Source of the DNA: Takakia lepidozioides
Lineage: Eukaryota > Plantae > Bryophyta
Direction of reading: 5' to 3'
Assembly: GCA_030704615.1 (NCBI GenBank)
Contig: CM060731.1
Coordinates: 55,366,001 to 55,430,000, forward strand
Length of the DNA: 64,000 nt
Shown: positions 61,501 to 64,000 of the stretch, in pieces
Layout: each line of letters starts with the position of its first letter
How positions within the stretch are numbered: position 1 is the first letter of the stretch
The notes under the pieces: generated by a model
Database searches by the model: none
What the model was told of the DNA's origin: nothing
Seen by the model: only the letters and a program-made list of their open reading frames with translations
Made by a program: the position numbers and the translations under genes

Positions 61501-63469
61501 GTTGCCGCATTTCTGTTCCCGTGTTTCTAATTCTCAACCAAAAACGGAAATGCGGTACTGAACGGAAATGCGGTACCGCATTTCCGTACCACCTCACATA
61601 CCGGCTTGCTGGATGGAAATGCGTTACCACATTTCCGTTCTGGAGAGTATAAAGGTTCCCCCGGACGGAAACTCGGTGCCGCATTTCCGTCGCTCTGGTG
61701 CATGACCAAGATGCAATACGGAAATGCGGCGCCGTATTTCCGTCCACCAGCAATCGAAAGAATCACTCGGGACGGGAAATCTGGAACCTGAATGGGTTGC
61801 ATTGTTCCGAAACAACACAATTGCGGCCAGTCTTGATGAGCACAACTTGGTTGTCTGACCGTTTTTTTTAACTAACAGTACTGGCATTGTCAGTGCGAAC
61901 GTTCCTGTCTGCTCTGAGAATACTGCTGGATCCACCCTCAGGAGAAACTGTCAGGAGATGTATTTCGTCGCCGAATCGGCCATCATTGTCATACTTACTG
62001 GCTATGGAATCACACCTCCACCTTCATGCATGTAGCTTGAAACAATACTTTCCACTTCAATGTGCGACTTCCAATCGTCGATGGACTCCGCAGATCCACT
62101 TACATGGTGCCTGTGAGCCTTGGTCTTTTGCTATACTGAACCTCGCACTTGCCAACTTCGTGCGGTGTTCGATGGCTCCGAATTCCTACGCTATAGTTTG
62201 TTGTCCTCCGCAACTTGGGAGACCTGGATCCCAACGAGGGAGGACTTTGCAGAGTGACTGAAACTTACCTTTGTTCCAAATTCAAGCTCAAACGGGGCAC
62301 AGTTTATTTGGAAGAAGAAAGGAAGGATGTTCCTGGACAGGTTGACGAACCATTGTCGTGCTAGGTAACGACGGAGGTTGCAGAATCGAATGGCACGTAC
62401 CCCCATCAGACACCATCCTGTACCGAGCTGTGGGAATGCCATTCCCTTTCGAATCAGTCGCTACCCAACCATCCACACAAGGAGTCCGGAAACCGACAAG
62501 GCGGCCACTGCCAACAGAGAGGTATGCAACGATAATCATTCCCGACCTGGACCGTCAAGACCCTCCATAGCTTCTCGTGTGGACGTATTCGACATTTCCG
62601 ACGAGGAAGATGACTATATTGAGGTACCCATGTCCTCCACACGGTCGTTCAAATCCGGCATGGACGTCTCTGTAGGTGCTACGCATGTGCCCCGAGCATA
62701 ACTCCAACCCAGTCCATTGTGCAGCTCCTACGACAACATCACCTCGATGGTTCTCGCTCCGAGCTGGCTGCTCTCGACTATGCCAAATTCCCAGTCAGAA
62801 AGGTAACGTTTCTGCCTCCCGAAGTCGATGGCAATGTCATCTTCGAGTTTCCACCTGTTTCTTCGTCAAACAAAGCCTCCGGGATGTTAACAGACATGGA
62901 TCGAAAGCATGACGGACACCCCTGGTGTGTGACGAAGACTAGTAGCACGGAAATTGCTGATGGTGTTCGTGTATGATATGTCCTCTATGCGGGGAAGCTG
63001 AGGTGCCTCAATCCCACCTGCTTCCACTTTCTCTCCAAAGGAGGGCGGAGAAACGAGACGGATTGGACTGGCACACGCATCATCTATTCATTGTCTCCAG
63101 CCAAGCTCCTGCGGGTTCTTTCAAGTGTGCACATTGCAAAGAACCACCGACGTGCATGTCCATGTGCAGAGCCAAGCAATATTACGTTATCCATTGCTCC
63201 CGGACTTGACTAGAGCTTGCATACACGTTGGGGTCCACTGCCACCCCTTGGCGAGAGGCAACATGCGTGAGGCTGTGCAGGAAGCACACGACATCATAAA
63301 AGAGGAGGTGAAATTGAGCCCCGGAGCCAGACCAAAGCAGATTCAGCTGAAGGCAGCCCACAAGATTGCTCTTGGCAAAATCATGTCTGAAGATGGTTCC
63401 GACCGAGAGCCCTTGACCGAAGACGAGATGCGTGACCTCTTGGAGTCCGTCTCGCACGTTTGTAGTCCG
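58565..63469. repeat. Direct duplicate of 53169-58064, probably an assembly overlap
   Basis: Both copies abut the gap and differ mainly by 1-2 nt indels. Confidence 0.85.
59975..61745. repeat. Palindrome array (duplicate copy)
   Basis: Dyad starts at 60131, 60184, 60237, 60290 and 60343, exactly 53 bp apart. Confidence 0.95.
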
Positions 63470-64000
63470 AATGTGCGGAATCACATCGTATCTTGCAAGC
63501 AGGAGTTCGGCAGGGGGTCGGACATGTACTCAATCCTGGAGGTGAAACGAATGACTGGATATGACTACATCCAAGGTAGCAGGTTTCCAGGGCAAGGCAG
63601 CGAATCCGATCGTTGTTACATTTCAAAATGTTGACGTGTGGGCCTGGGAGTGGAGTCGACTTGGTCACTCGCATGACAACTGGAAACTTGTCGAATGCTT
63701 GGGTGATGTTTGATCACATCAAGCGAATTACAAACCATCAGTGGGTGACTATGGGTGCGCATGTTTATGACTATCACTCCAAGAGGCTCATGACGATTGC
63801 AATCTGCGAGATGAAAGGGGAGGACACACAGTCGGAGATGCATCTGTGGGAGGGCATAAACGAGCAGATGGCAAGGGCGGGATTGCCAGAGCCCAATTTC
63901 AGGGGATTCATGGCAGACAACGCTCAGGCCAACTGGGCAGCGGTGCGGCGTGTGTACGGTGAGGACCCCAACGTGCCAATGGAGGGGAAAGAGAGATCCT
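62172..64000 (+). pseudogene. Element 2 MULE transposase (continues beyond window)
   Basis: GCM-like region, then WVMFDHIKRITNHQWVTMGAHVYD...FRGFMADNAQANW; several frameshifts. Confidence 0.88.

Larger units (their letters stand above)
43612..64000. mobile_element. Element 2: large MULE (terminus, cargo genes, ParB-MTase gene, palindrome array, transposase), runs off the window
   Basis: Begins GGGGGGCTGCTATTTCATGAGC + (CATGAGC)n inside the element 3 transposase. The same palindrome recurs throughout (44907, 46048-46730, 48919, 50237, 51494, 52696, 54620-56345). Confidence 0.7.

Overview
Repeat-dense eukaryotic DNA, probably from a green plant (TTTAGGG repeats, Galadriel-like chromovirus, GT-AG introns); the species cannot be determined. 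There are three layers. (1) Three copies, from two subfamilies, of a large Mutator-like (MULE) DNA transposon. Its GCM/WRKY-like Zn finger + DDE + SWIM transposase points away from a second, intron-containing gene. After repairing frameshifts by eye, that gene encodes a ParB/Srx-like N-terminal domain (MFFVWDGNHRLLAW) and a C-terminal beta-class N6A/N4C DNA methyltransferase-like domain (DMIILDIPDG ... GTVLDLICGTG). Between the two genes is an array of 22-30 bp palindromes, largely in a 53-bp register, with a subfamily-specific palindrome. This transposase + ParB-MTase + parS-like array unit is the best candidate for an undescribed system. (2) A young full-length chromovirus LTR retrotransposon (5951-12927, ATGGA TSD) inserted into one palindrome of the first array. 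(3) A cluster of Crinkler-like genes (REase+kinase twice; NTPase+REase once) in which unrelated header exons join effector exons through homologous phase-1 introns. LINE, Penelope, gypsy-integrase and SINE remnants are also present. About 4.9 kb on each side of the 500-N gap is duplicated and is probably an assembly overlap. Most frames are disrupted, so protein reconstructions are manual and need HMM or structure confirmation.
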